Notes: generated from the letters alone by a model not told the origin. A stretch of 64,000 nt of DNA from Anolis carolinensis (GCF_035594765.1 NC_085846.1:21191190-21255189); one strand, 5' to 3'. Shown: positions 49,614-63,586, counted from the stretch's first letter. Translations and numbers: made by a program.

Positions 49614-50223
49614 CTGAAATAAGCAACATAAAGCATGGGAAGAAAGAATTTCCATTAAAATACCTCACATGGGAGAAGATCCAAGGTCCCGATCTCAAAA
49701 GAAAGATGGGACAGAAATTAATAAATAATAATAAATAATAAGGTTGATTATAATGATGAGCAAAGGGATAAAGGTCTCTGTATCCTTGTGGCACAATTCT
49801 GAGCCAGATCAGTTTGTACATAGTAAAAAATGGAGCCAGACCAAGGTGACTACTATTATAATTTATAATTCGATAAGAGTTTCATGAAACTAATTGTTTC
49901 ACTTTGAACTGACTGAAATTGGTGCAAGGATGGAAACAAAAGAATGAGCATGTTAATGTATATTACTTGTGTAACTATGTAAGAAAAGGCATAGAATTAA
50001 GTAGTGGAAAGGAGAAAAACAGTAAAGTTCAACACAGAAGTAATTTATGTTTCAACCCCCTATTTCTGCGGATGGCACATAAGAGCAAAGGGAGGGGAGA
50101 GGAACTTCAATGATAAAATAAACAGGCAAAAGCAGTGTCAACTATAACCAACATCATATATAAGCTATGGGGAAAAAAACACTAGGAGGCCACTATCTGG
50201 AAGCATCTTGTGTGTTTTCTTAC

Positions 50224-50385
50224 CTGAAGGATCACAGTATGTCCACCTGGGGTTTGTGTCATAGTTACTGGTGAGAGAGCACCAGAGCTTTCCAGTGGAT
50301 GCCCCAGCAGTTGTGCAAGAGGAGTAGGACTTTCCCTTGTAAATAAATGGAAAGATACATGGCCCCTGAGAATTTGCAGCTAATC
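50224..50385 (-). CDS. FN2 gene A exon 4 (type c, 162 bp)
   Basis: tctccag|[54 protein letters not shown]|gtaaga. Confidence 0.9.
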
Positions 50386-51818
50386 CTGGAGAGATAGAAA
50401 GGAGTGGAGAAGGAAGAGAGAGAGGGAGATTACAGAAGTCTTCTTTTTCATTCATTAATGCTCCACACAGAGAAAACCTGCCTTCTCTCCTGTCCTGTAG
50501 CAGACCAGAAGATACCACACTAGGGAAAAGAACTTAGATGAATACTTCTAAACCAATTATATTTCCCCCAATTACACTCTGTAGATGGGTCCCCCATTTC
50601 TGTAGGCACAATAATTTAATTTTCTTTAGTTACTTTGCTCTTTAGACACTTTTCACTAGTATTCATTGTGGTCAGAAGTGTTTGGCATAAACAAATGAAA
50701 AGTAAGAAGAAAGCGTTTATGGTCAGTTCCCTTATATTTCCAAGACATATCATAGCCATTCCTCTTCTATGCCATGTTATGGATCATGTTACCTGATTTC
50801 ATATGGGTAGATGAAGGTGACATATACTGTGGGGCCAATAGTTTCTATAAGCCAGTACAGGCATTATATGATGATTAGTTAAAGTGTTCAACATTTTATC
50901 AAGTACTACTAACTGAGATTCCAGGAACCTCAGAGCTTGGGAAAGTGGTCAGTGGTCTTGCTGACTAAGGAATTTGAGGAACTTTTTAAAGACTTGCGGT
51001 GAAATGAACTGGTGGTCTTAGTTTTGTCCTCTATCAAAAAAAGGCACATCTACACTTACACTTATGTCAAACTGGGGCTGGATCGGTTACATGACAGCTA
51101 AATACCTTATGGAGCTGATCCAGGGTAATGCAGGGCAGGAACAACTTAAATACGGCTCTGCCCCATATTAATCACAGTCAGTGGGTAGTCTGAATTCTGT
51201 CCCAGAATTTGGACTATCCTTGACTTCTAAACATCTATCTAAACATTTAGGCTGGTTTCAGAATGGAACTGGTTGCAATTGTTTCCACCGCCATGCAGGG
51301 ACATGGGATGGCAGTTAGCATCTCCTCCTGTCCTCAGTGTGACAGTGGCCTCTGGACAACATGGTCCTACCTGTCAGCTGTTGCTTGCAGTGACATGCAC
51401 CAAGGTGATCTGGGAAGAGAGGAGAAGAGGAGAGAGAGCAATTCCTCTTCTCCCCTTCCCTCATTGCCATGTTGTCTGGCCAGCATCACTACAGGTGACT
51501 GCTGTCAGGTAAAACCCATTACACAGATGGAGACTGCCATGACAGAGAGGCCAGGAGGAGTAGTAAGCCTGCCATCCAGCAGTACCAAACCACATTTGTT
51601 TCTTCTGGGTAGTTGGGTCTCCATCCCACCTCTGTAGCAGCTGTGGGAGTGCCTGTCTGACACCAGCCTATGCCACACCAGACGGGCCCCAGAATATTGG
51701 ATCCATGTAGTTTCACACTAAGCTACTGCTTTCCATTGTTCTAAAAGGTAAGTTTCCCCATCTGTGAAATCCTACCTCAACCCTACAATACACATTGAGA
51801 TTCCCACAATATTCCTAC

Positions 51819-51983
51819 TTGTATCAGCACAGTAGCTCCATTGCTTGTCCTTATCATAACTTCCTGTTGTTGCACACCAGAACCTTCCGATTGCTGCATC
51901 TTCATTAGTACAGGTGTAAAATGTCCGTTTCTTGTACGTGAAAGGGAAGACACAGGGTTTCCCACCAGAATTGCCACCGTACT
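51819..51983 (-). CDS. FN2 gene A exon 3 (type b, 165 bp)
   Basis: ttttag|EYGGNSGGKPCVFPFTYKKRTFYTCTNEDAAIGRFWCATTGSYDKDKQWSYCADT|gtagga. Confidence 0.9.
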
Positions 51984-52220
51984 CTAAAAACAAAAAAAAG
52001 TGGGGAGAGGCAGACATACTCAGCTACACTAATGACACATTTCACTTTGTCACAGAGATTTCATTGCAATGCTTTTCTTTTTAAAAAAAATACTCTTTAT
52101 GAATATTTTATCATTACAATAATAAAAATAGTTAGATTTAGAGAAATAGATAAGAAATAGAAATAAAGATAATAGAAAAGAAAAGGATCCTAAGTATATA
52201 AGTGTGTATGTATATGTGTG

Positions 52221-52259
<39 letters not shown>

Positions 52260-53100
52260 TCGTATTTACCAAGTTGTTATTACATCATATGCTGTATATT
52301 TAACTCTTAATAAGAGACTAAAGAGACTCTCCACATTTTTTTTAGTGTGTGTTAGTATATTTTTGTAGAATGTAGACTTTTATCTTTCTCTCTTTTTCCT
52401 ACTTTTCTATACCTTGGTTGTTCTCACTCTTTCGGTGTAATATAAAAAATGTAATAAATTTCTTAAAAATAAGAGACTGTATAATTAGACCTTTGGCAAA
52501 ACAATTTTATACAATTTTGTGCACACTGCAGAACTGCACATTACAAACATTCCTATAGTTCCTTTTCCTGTTTCTTTATGCACATAGGAGGGTGACATTA
52601 CACTCTCTAAGCATCAAAAAAGGCAATGAGAAGCCCTCTATGAAGAAATTTTGCCCCCAAAAAAACCCTTGAAGGCATAGGAAAACATGAAATGTTCTAG
52701 CCCTTCCATATCTTGTTGATTGTCTACCTATCTAGTCATGCTTAATCAATTTCCCCTAACCTTGATCAAAACATGACTAAAAAAAAATAGGCATAGGATC
52801 AGAGGGTATAAGGAGACAAAGTTTTAATCAGTAGCAATGCATATATTTTAAATAAGCAATGAAGCTCCACATGGGACACATAGAAAAGAAGTCATAAAAT
52901 GCATCTAAAAGCTTAAACAGTGCTCACTCTTGAGAATCACAATTCTAGGTTCTATGAAGTACAGTGTCATATTTAAATGTTTCCTTTCTAACAGATTATA
53001 TGTCTATTTCATTTCATTTCTCCGCAGCATCTGAAGGCTCATGAGGGCAGCACAAAAGCTTTGGAAGGTCAGATTTTTTTAAAAAAAGAAAACTTTTTAC

Positions 53101-53244
53101 CTTGAGGGGAACAATACTTCCACTTAGGAGATGTATCGTAGTTTGCAGTTGTGGCACACCATGTCTTCTCACCTGTTCCAATGTTGGTGCATGAAGAATA
53201 AGATTGCCGGTGGTAAATAAATGGAAAAACACAGGGTGGTGGGA
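53101..53244 (-). CDS. FN2 gene A exon 2 (type a, 144 bp)
   Basis: tttccag|VPPPCVFPFIYHRQSYSSCTNIGTGEKTWCATTANYDTSPKWKYCSPQ|gtaaaa. Confidence 0.9.
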
Positions 53245-53711
53245 CTGGAAAGAAAACAGAACACAGCAAATATTTTGGAGATCATTTTGGGGTAAAATGA
53301 AATTCACACAAAAACAACCCAGTGGGGCAGGATTCCCCACCACTAGAGCAAAGAATGTAAGAGCACATTTTTGCTCTTGCAAATATTTGCATGTACATAG
53401 TTTTCCTGACACTTGTGTATGCCCCACTTGAGGGTTACTGTGGTGATTGGCATTCCTCTCTCCCTTCACTGCATCCAGCTCCCCCTCCCCTGACTTACTG
53501 TATAGCATCTGAAGGGCCAACATACATACAGAGAAAAAGAGAGATGTAGAGAGTCAATTCCATGCCTTGTGGGAAGCTGGCAAGTTTGGAGATGGATCTG
53601 GCTAGGCCCGTGTAGCCAAACACAAAATGATAACAATGGTGCTAATATCTACTGAGAGCCTCTGCAATCATTTTTCATCTGGCTACAAGCTTCTCTGATT
53701 CTGCGTGATCC

Positions 53712-53983
53712 CGAACAATGGCTTCAAACTACAGGAAAGGAGATTCCACCTGAACATCAGGAAGAACTTCCTCACTGTGAGGGCTGTTCGACAGTGGAAC
53801 TCTCTGCCTCAGACTGTGGTGGAGGCTCCTTCTTTGGAGGCTTTTAGGCAGAGGCTGGATGGCCATCTGTCGGGGGTGCTTTGAATGCGATTTCCTGCTT
53901 CTTAGCAGGGGGTTGGACTGGATGGCCCATGTGGTCTCTTCCAACTCTACTATTCTATGATTCTATGATTCTATGATTCTATG
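53712..53983 (+). mobile_element. CR1 LINE 3' end
   Basis: ggaagaacttcct...ggttggactggatgg...ttccaactct followed by an (attctatg)n tail. Confidence 0.9.
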
Positions 53984-54534
53984 CGTGCTCCCCATGAAGC
54001 ACACAATGGCTGTATGGGTAGGAGATTTCAAAGGCTGTACAATAAACCCCAGGGTGCTAGTAAATAGCTCAACCCAGTATACCTCCACATGTAGAAAAGA
54101 GATCAGGCAATCCCCTACATTATCCAATTTCCATAAGGAAATGAAGACCTGGTGGTGTCGGCAGGTTTTTCAGTAATTACATTGGAATACCGCCAATTTC
54201 TGGGCCTGAATATATTGCACAAGATTTCTCTAACTTAAAATGATACATTTTAATATATTGGGTTTATGGTTCCCGTCCCCTTGATCAGGTCATGCAAGTG
54301 TTATTTATTTCTATAATTGTATTTTTACTTTGCTTAATAATGTGTTATTGTGTTTGCTATGTAATGTTTGTATTGTTTTTATGATTGGAAACCGCCCTGA
54401 GTCCCATCCGGGAGATAGGGCGGTATATAAATAAAGTTTTATTATTATTTATTATAGAACTACTGTGTTACGCTCAGTCAATTGGAATTTAAGCCATTGA
54501 GTACCCACCTCCCAGTATCAAAACATGACTAAAG

Positions 54535-54830
54535 GAAATCATAGCATTGAAAGAAACTGCATGAACCATCCAGTCCGACCCCCTGCTATACAAGAATGCA
54601 CTATCAAAACATTCATGACAAATGGCCATCCAGGCTCTGTTTAAAAACTCCAAAGAAGGAGACTCCACTACTTTCTGAAGCAGTGTATTCCACATGAATA
54701 GCTATTGCCATCTGGAAGTTCTTCCAAATGTTCAGGTGGAATATCTTTTAATGCAATTTAAATCCATTCCTCTATGTCCGAGTCTCTGGAGCAGCAGGAA
54801 GCAGACCTGTTCCACCTTCTAGATCCATTC
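54535..54830 (-). mobile_element. CR1 LINE 3' fragment, degenerate
   Basis: Reverse-complement similarity to 53712-53983 (ggccatccaggctct, ggaagttcttcc, gttcaggtggaat). Confidence 0.75.
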
Positions 54831-54910
54831 TAACTGAAAATCAGTGATATGCTACCCCAGGTAGGATGAATGATAAAGATATATAATTATATATAGAGAA
54901 AGAGTCTTAC

Positions 54911-54977
54911 CATCCCCTGTAACAAGCAGTGGTAAAAGGGCAGAGGCACAGAAGAGGAATATCATGATGAAAGCCAT
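54911..54977 (-). CDS. FN2 gene A exon 1 (signal peptide); BSP/ELSPBP1-like secreted multi-FN2 protein, about 334 aa in total
   Basis: gaaATGG; MAFIMIFLFCASALLPLLVTGD+G|gtaaga; phase 1 joins exon 2 in frame. Confidence 0.85.
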
Positions 54978-55008
54978 TTCGTTTTCCCTTTGCATTGGCC
55001 AATAAACT

Positions 55009-55016
55009 CTTTTATA
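55009..55016 (-). promoter_or_regulatory. Candidate TATA box of FN2 gene A
   Basis: TATAAAAG about 32 nt upstream of the ATG. Confidence 0.45.
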
Positions 55017-56605
55017 CATGTGGCTAGGCTATTTTGGATCAGAAATACAAACCTCTAATGTTTGAACAGTTAACAGTAAAGTAATATGTAAATCAGACAG
55101 TCACTGCCATTCCAACGAACGTTAAGGTGTTTGTCTTTCCCCCCCACCCTTAGCAGACATGCTGAGCAAAGTTATGAAGTTCAACAGTTATTTAACAAAT
55201 ATGAAACATGAATGCTACAAGTATCAAGAAATCCAATGAAATGATATCATCTTTTAAACATGGACAAGCCACACAATGAATTATGGGCAAATGATATTAG
55301 GACTAGTTGATACCACTTGAAAAGTTTGTGTTCAGACTTATAATTAATTTTGACTTAATCACTTCAAAGACAGGCTCTCATTCATCCCAGTCGGTCTATG
55401 AGAGATGACTGTAGAATGTTACTGGGAGACTTCTAAAATAATATGTGGCCATGTAGCCATCTTTCTTTCATAGTCCATCCTTCCATCAGCCATCAAACAT
55501 ATCATTCCTGCTTTTTTGGGAAACATTGCATCTCATATTGCTGTTTTAAAAATATTCAGAGCCACACCATTTATTCTGAAAAGATTAGCACTAGAAGGCA
55601 TAAATGGTACCACGTTACAAATAGCACTGAGATTAAGGGGTGCTTTGATCTCCTCCTCAAATCAAAGCCAGGGTAAAAAGCATTCGGCAACATGTGCAGG
55701 AGACAGAGCAATGGCTAATAAGGACCAGTCCAGGCCCTCATGATTGTCTTCAGCTTTGATTTAGGACCCATTCTAAGTGCTGTGTTTCTTTTGCTGGTCT
55801 CCTTGGGGCCAAGTAGGATTTTTCTCCTTTATCTAGTTGTTTTATACTGTATTGGGGACTTTGATAATGGGCTAAGGGTGGTATCTGTAACTAGTTCATC
55901 CCTAGCAAGTATTGAGGGGGGAAATATATGAGTTTGGTGTACCTTGGCACCATATTGGCAAAATGGAGTTCTGAAATGGCTTTTTCCAGTTTTGTGATGA
56001 AAGGGATTAACCTGAGGAGATTGCTCTTTCTATTAAAATCCTGTAATTTTGAAGATGTCCTGTGCTTGGCTTACAGTAAATAGCCAGCCAGAATGAGCAA
56101 CACGTGGTATTGAATTGCCCTCAGGATCAGTTGTTTTACCCAATTGAGGCTTGGAAGTGGCCAAAGGTTGACATCTGGCCTTAACCAGAACCACATACCC
56201 CCCCCCCCATGTTTTGCTCATTCCCAGACATAATTTGATAAATAGGTTCTAGGACAAAAAGAAATTGCCCTTTTTTTAAGCCACTTCACTGTGTCTGTCT
56301 TATTACTGCATGGTTGGTCTGGTCATCAAATAAGTTCTCCTGGTTAGTTGGAGATCTCAGCCAACTGTTTCTTCAGGTTCTACAAGGAAAGCAAGAGCCA
56401 GAAACAGGATTTCCTTTGGCTGAAATATTTTCTACAGGGAAATACTTAAATATCTTCAAAATTTTTAGGTGCAGCAGGTCCTTCCCACTTGGTTGCACTC
56501 CATCGAGAAAAGGCAGTCTGGCTTTGCAAAAATGCCAACCTCAGAAAATCTGCTAAATATGTGGTGGGTTTTGCTGACATCCCTACTTTCCAATGTGTTT
56601 CTTCC

Positions 56606-56646
<41 letters not shown>

Positions 56647-56675
56647 AATAGTGACCCTATTTTTTCACTCATCAT

Positions 56676-56788
56676 CAGTGGCTCCCAACCTTTTGGCCTT
56701 AAGGTGTTTTAGACTTCAATTCCCAGAAATCCCAGCCAGCTTATCAGCTGTTAGGAACTGTGAGAGGCCCAAAGGTTGGGAACCATTG
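56676..56788. mobile_element. Short hAT MITE
   Basis: cagtggctcccaacctttt / aaaggttgggaaccattg inverted termini. Confidence 0.7.
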
Positions 56789-56849
56789 ATCTACTCAAAC
56801 ACAAATGACCTCCTATATATACAATTGAAAATGAACCAGTTCAGTAAAC

Positions 56850-57965
56850 AATATGTCTGGCAAATTAGTATACTGTTTAAATTCACAGTAATATCAAACA
56901 CCATCAAATGGATTGTCCAATATACATTGAAATGCAGTCGGCGTTAAATTCACAGTAATAACAAGCAGCCTCAAATGGATTGTCCAATATACATTGAAAT
57001 GCAATCAGCGTTGTGTATTCTAATGCCGAGAAGAGTAAGTCTGCCACGACCGGTTTCGGCCCTGCATCAGGCCTTCCTCTGGTGGTCTGAAAATAGTTAC
57101 GTACACTAACATAAGTAACAAAATATATCCATAAAACATCATCCATTGCCTAATACTAACATGGTTCCAAACTTAACACTTGTTCTCTTTAGAGATACAT
57201 GTCATTTACATTGTGAAATGTATATCAAAGACACCAATAGTTACATACACAAAATATAAGTAACTACCTATCCATTGAATAACAACTATAAAAAACATTG
57301 CAATATACTTACACAGTTCCAAATTTAACACTTGTTCTCCTTAGAGATACATGTTTTTTACAGTGGAATCTAGGTCAAAGGAACAAGGAGTGGCCATAAG
57401 CATTAAAGAGTTACATACATCCAAAAAATTGTTTTTAAACAAATTGTATATTTCTAAAACAGTATATACTCACGGGATACTCTGCTGTGTGTTGGATTCT
57501 AATTGCGAGTATGAAAAGCATCAAGGGGTTGCCTCAATTTAAAGGAGAAAATGTTAAAGAAACAGAGAGGTTTATTTAAAGATATAGAAGAAATTACCAC
57601 CAGATGGTGCTATGAGTACCCTTATTGTATTGGGTGTATTCAATTAGGGATTTATAGTATGATAAGGTTCTATATATAACAACTGTATGAATTTTGTTCA
57701 TTTAAGCCCTGTGGATGTTCTGTCCGTAATCTGAAAATCCAATATGTTTCCCTTTGCAAAAGTTTATTATTGAAGTCCATATGTTTGGATTGTGATACTA
57801 CTTCTAGTATGTGGTATTTGAATGATTCAGGACTATGCTGTAGATCATAGAAATGTTTGTACAGTATGGATTCTCTGGCATGATTTCGTATTTTGCTCCT
57901 GTGCTCTATAATTCTCTTAACTTCTCGACGAGTCTGCCCCACATATGATAAATTACAATCACCAT
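56850..57965 (-). mobile_element. Penelope-like element remnant (GIY-YIG endonuclease C-terminus plus 3' repeat region)
   Basis: CNLSYVGQTRR..RIIEHRS..HF..LLQRETYWIFRLRTEHPQGLN at 57670-57960; downstream direct repeats and a hammerhead motif. Confidence 0.82.
57044..57085 (-). ncRNA. Minimal type I hammerhead ribozyme motif in the Penelope element (core variant CAGAGGA)
   Basis: ccac-CAGAGGA-a-ggcc(tgatgcag)ggcc-GAAA-ccgg-TC-gtgg. Confidence 0.65.
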
Positions 57966-58359
57966 TGATCTATACACACAATATTTGCATATTAATAAAA
58001 AAAATGCACAGTTGACATTCTGATCATTCTGAGATAACTTTGTTTATACAATCAAGGCCATACCTTATGAACACAAATAACTTCCTCAATAAAAAAAATT
58101 CAACAGAATTTGGTCTGTGTACAAAAAGGATTTACATAAAATACACCAAAGATTTTCTCAGAAGTTATTTCCTCTCTTGTAACGCTAGTCTTTGTTCATC
58201 CTTGCCGCCCTATATGAGAGCCATGCGTGAGTTAGGGCCTTTTACCCTAGCACTCAAGACCTGGCTCTTTACTAGAGCTTTTAATCTGTGTTAATTTTAT
58301 TAATATTTTTATGTATGTATTTTTATCCTTTACAATTTTATCTTGTAAATCGCCTAGAG

Positions 58360-59280
58360 CAGGGGTCCCCAAACTAAGGCCCGGGGGCCAGATGCGGCCC
58401 TCCGAGGTCATTTACCTGGCCCCCGCCCTCAGTTTTATAATATAATATATTGTATATACATATAATATTGATAATAATATTATAATGTAATACAATATAA
58501 CACTAATAATAATACCATATAATAATATTAATTATATGTTCTATATTACATATAATATTACTAATAATATTACAGTATAGTGGTATAGTTCAATATCTAT
58601 ATATATAAAAGAGTGATGGCATCACGGCGACCCACAAAACAACAAAACTACAGGCCCCCCAACCTCTAAATTTGACAACACAACCCATCATCCACGGCTC
58701 TAGGTTGATACAACAAAAAGAAAAGAAAAATAAAGTCCTAATTAGAGAGAGAGGAATAATTGCTTTTATCCAATTGCTGCCAGTTAGAAGGCTAAGCTCC
58801 TCCAACTTGGTCTCCTAGCAACCCAATAAAAAATAATAAAAAACACTAAAAATAATTAAAAACACTAAAAAAATTAAAACAATAAAATACTATAACAGAA
58901 AATAACTAAAAATAATACAAGAAAATAATAAAATATAATAAAAAGATAACTTACAATAAAATTTATAAAAAAAAATACAAATAACGTCAAATAAAAATTA
59001 CACAATTTTTAACCAATACCACCACCACTTTGCCACAGCAACGCGTGGCTGGCCACAGCTAGTAGTAATATATAATGCTAATATTGTGCTATGCTAATAA
59101 TATAATATATTGTATGTACATATAATTTGTAAGCCACTCTGCGTCCCTTTTGGGGTCAGAAGGGTGTGATACAAATGTAGTAAATAAAGGCAGTAAATAA
59201 ATAAATAATAAATAAATAAATTTTAGACTTAGGCTCGCCCAAAGTCTGAAATGACTTGAAGGCACACAACAACAACAACG

Positions 59281-59313
<33 letters not shown>

Positions 59314-59590
59314 GCAATCCTAATTAAGTTGACTATCTCACTGGCCAGAAGCAGGACCACACTTCCCATTGAAATCCTGATCAATGTTTGTTGGTTAAAA
59401 TTGTTTTTATTTTTAAATATTGTATTGTTCTTTCATTGTTCTTGTTGTTGTTGTTTTTGCACTACAAATAAGACATGTGCAGTGTGCATCGGAATTTGTT
59501 TGTATTTTTTTTTTCAAATGATAATCCGGCCCCTCAACAGTCTGAAGGATTGTGGACCGGCCCTCGGCTTAAAAAGTTTGAGGACCCCTG
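58360..59590. mobile_element. Non-autonomous hAT element
   Basis: TIR caggggtccccaaact / agtttgaggacccctg; 8-bp TSD gcctagag at 58352-58359 and 59591-59598. Confidence 0.92.
58596..59062 (+). mobile_element. Short non-autonomous Helitron (467 bp, copy 3, no cargo)
   Basis: a|TCTATATATATAAAAGAGTGATGGCATCACGG ... GCCACagcaacgcGTGGCtggccacagCTAG|t. Confidence 0.88.
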
Positions 59591-59632
59591 GCCTAGAGCA
59601 TCGTGGATGGAGGGCGATTAATAAGTAATTAA

Positions 59633-59667
<35 letters not shown>

Positions 59668-59800
59668 CTCTGTCAAACATTTGATGTTAGGTGTCTTTGT
59701 ATATGTGTGATTCCTTTGTCAATCCAAATATCAAGATTGTATTTATGTAACAGAGAAGTTTCCACTCACAAAGTATTTGAATAAGAAAATGGATACCCAG

Positions 59801-60063
59801 AAGGCATGTAGCTGGGGGGGGGGGGGGGACTTGAGGGGCTTCAGCCCCCCTCCCGAAATTCTCAGGGCGGTCCACAAGAAGGCCTTACATTTATTATTTA
59901 AACTGTTATGTTTATTCATATCATGATCTGATCACCATGCTCAATATATTCCATATGCATGGGAGTATTGGGATAACGATACAAAAGGTTTGCTAGGGTT
60001 AATCCTCTCCCACCCAGACTCAGCCCCCCCCCCCCCAAAATCAAAATCCTGGCTACGGGCCTG
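59801..60063. mobile_element. hAT MITE with poly-G/poly-C subtermini
   Basis: aaggcatgtagct / ggctacgggcctg termini; near-TSD atacccag / atacccaa. Confidence 0.7.
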
Positions 60064-62169
60064 ATACCCAACAACAATAATGTCTTTTAAAATTCCTTGG
60101 TTGCACTATATCCTTTGTATATTTTAAAATCAAGAATGTGCTCCAGTCACTACTTTCCAGTCCAAAGAAAAAAATACTAAATGCCAGTGCCCTCTGAAAT
60201 TTTCTACTACTTTGAGAATTAGAGACCATGTAATAATTTATGGATTATCAAGCACAAGCAGTCTATTCTGTATTGACATCATCAGATGGTAAAGCATTAT
60301 TGTAAACTGTAAAATACTGTATCTGTTATACACACTTAAGAATAAACACCAATGAATCTCCCTTTTGTGTGACTTACCATTTTTAAGTCTTTAGACTAGG
60401 ATCACTGTACGTTAGCTAGAAACCATATAACAACAAATTGTCACCCACTCTTAAGACCTTATCTCATGAAGAGGGGCAGGAGAGAAGTGGGGAAAGCAGG
60501 TGAAAGCAGAGGGAATCATCTTGTTTTGTTTGTTACTGTGGAGGTACTGTGCCTTTCTGTATTCAGAGATGGCAGCCATCCCGTGTCCTTTCCCCAGCTT
60601 CTCTCCATTTTCTGGCATTGAAAGTTGGGAAGCATCTGATCCAGAACATGCGGTCTTTCCTCTTTTTCCCTGCTCTGTCACAATGGAGTCCCATGGTCAG
60701 CTACCAGAAATGGCCTTACGCCATGTGATGGCCTCCATGGGACTCTGTTTCAGCAACACAGAGAAATGGAGTGAAGATTGTGTGGGATGAAGTCCTTAAA
60801 ACACTTACATTTTGTGGCTTTGGAGTGCAATGGATCCTGGGAGTTGTAGTCCAAAAATTACTTTTCCATGCTCTGATTTCTCACCTGCACCTCATTCAGA
60901 ACCATTTCCAGCATATGAACAGCCCAACAGATATTAAAGTTCGACAAAACGTTTTTCGGGATGTAACAATAGAGAGATTCCCTGAGAAATTCAGCCAAAG
61001 AACTGTGTAGCAAGCCTCTCACGGGAGAAGGCCAACCTGGGTCTCAAATGAAGTTACTTTTCTATTAAAATGTTATTATCTGTCTTTGTTCGCCTTTGTT
61101 CCCAGTCTTCCGAGGGCCAAAATAGGGAGTCACCTCTTCTTGCATCCTTGCAACTAGGGTTGGCATATTACACCCTCTCCATTTCTGATAGTTAGGATAT
61201 TATGTAAATTATTAGAATTATTCATAATATTAATTCTTATTATGAAATTTCAATACATTAATGATGGTTTCTGTAATAGCACTTAGTTTCATCCTTGCTG
61301 TTGTTATTTATAGTTACTACAGTCAACCCAACACGTTCTCTGGGGTTAAGGTGTAAGATCCTCACAAAAGTGGGAAAACTGAATAAAAAATCTGAGAAAA
61401 CACTTTTCGGTAAATATCTAGATCCTCCAGGGCAACTCTACAATCAACTTTTACCAGGTGTCGACTGTAGAGTGATGCACAAGGACTTGCAAATGATGGG
61501 AGAAATTGTCTCTTGAGGAATCTCTTGGTCCTCCAAGAGACAATGGACAAATAGCAATACTAGACAAATAGCAATACTAGAAGATCTGGAAATTCTAAGA
61601 AAACATATTAATCAAATCCATAAATAATCAAATGTGAAAGGTAAAACCCATAAATGTGGAGGGCTGACTGAGCTCTCCTGATAGAACTAGAATAGTGTTT
61701 ATGGTGCTGGATTTGAAAGCACTATAAACACATGACAAATTCATATTAATCCTGGAATTTGCCATGTGATTTTGGACTACCATTATATCTCAGCAAAACT
61801 ACCTTCTATGGTTGCTCTGCTTGTACCACTCCACAACCAATTCTACCAAAAAAAAAAAAAAACAGCCCCCACATACTATAACCATTAAGAACAGTTGGCT
61901 CCTTCAATAGGCCCCCTCAATATGCCTGACACAAGGAAGATGGAATGGCACCATTGGTCCATGTATAAAGCAAGGAACCGGCCCAACTTTTCATATTACT
62001 CTAAAGTGCCAGGGCTTCAGGGAAGTTCCAGCGCATTTCCTGACATTTCCCAATGTGAGTAAAACAACATTAACCTACTTTGCTTCATGATGGGGGTGAG
62101 AATGTCCATGTGGGTATCAAAGGGCATGTTTTCACCCACTTCAATTATCTGGCCCATTTAGATGGACAC

Positions 62170-62425
62170 TAGAACACAGAGCAATGTATTCAAAGAACAG
62201 GAAAAGAGATTCCATCTAAACATCAGGAAGAACTTCCTGAGAACAAGAGCTGTTTGACAGTAGAATAATGTACTGACTCAGAGTGTGGTGGGGTCTTCTT
62301 TTCTGGGGGTTGTTAAACAGAAACGGTATGGGCATCTGCTGAGAGTAATTTGACTGTGTCTCCTGTGTGGCAGGAGGTTGGACTGGATAGCCCTCGTGGT
62401 CTTTTCCAACTCTAGGATTTTGTGA
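62170..62425 (+). mobile_element. CR1 LINE 3' fragment, degenerate
   Basis: catcaggaagaacttcct...ggttggactggatagccc...ttccaactct. Confidence 0.78.
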
Positions 62426-63586
62426 ATTTTATAAAAGAGTCACAAAATAATATGCCTATATGGGATCCAAACACAGGAAACAAGATGAACAAGTATTCCA
62501 TCATGGCATGCTGCCAAAAGACTTTATTTCTGATTTTGGAATGATCACATCAGAATAGAATCACGTGAACAATGGCAGCCTCCCGGTATGAACCAATGAT
62601 ATCTACTGCATAAATCATCTTTAACAACCTAGAAAGAGAAAAACAAAAAATAAAACCCCTTTATAAAGTCATTCTGCTAGCACAATATAACCATAACCAG
62701 AGATCCAAAAGAAGATGTCAACATACAAAGGTCATAACAAATGCCCATGCCAATTAAAAATATCTACAGCTAGCATCAAAATTAATGTAAATCCAAAGCA
62801 ATGAGCTTAGACAAGTCAGTGTTGATTTCACCCATCTTTGATTTGTATTTTTTATGTTAAACATGAACATATTTATCAATTTTTTAAAAAAATCTCTGGT
62901 TTCTCTTCAGATTGTATAAATCTTTTGCCTTTTTAAAAAAAATCTTGTAAAAAGAAATTAAAACAAAATTCTTGGCAGCAATTGGAGAAAATAAACATTT
63001 AAAATGTAAACCTATCGGAACTGATAATTTTTTTCAAGTATAACTCCAACCAAAGATAGATAGCTAGATAAGTACACTCTGAACACTGAGGTCCTCTGGG
63101 GAGCGTCTGCTCCAACCTGCCAGAACCCGACTGACAACTGTAACACAGAGGACCTTTCTACTGGCGACCCACAACAGAACAACCTGCCATTTAGCTCTGA
63201 CAGCTAAATCAACTGGCAGAATTTAAAACACAAGTGAAGACCTATCTCTTCCAGAAGGCCCAACAGATAGTTTTAATGACAAATTTTAAACTTCCACTCT
63301 ATTTCTAACTTTTTTGTGTATTTTAATATGTATATTATGGAAATATGTTTTAATATGTGTGATTTAAATGATTATGTGTTTTGATTACTTGTTTTAGCAA
63401 TGTTTTAACCCGCCATAAGCCATGAGGAGAACAGGTAAAAAATAAAATTACCATTATTACCATTATCATTATTTAAGCTGATTTCATTTATCACCTGGAG
63501 ACTTCTCACAATACTCTTATTCCTGACAAAACACCCAATAGTACCTGCAAGCTTTGCCATCACTTCCCATTTCCAATTTTATTTAC

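Larger units (their letters stand above)
58196..59667 (+). mobile_element. L2-type LINE 3' end with (GAT)n tail, split by a hAT insertion
   Basis: SLPPYMR...ALKTWLFTRAF; tgtaaatcgcctagag|catcgtggatggagggcg...(gat)n is contiguous once the hAT is removed. Confidence 0.7.
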
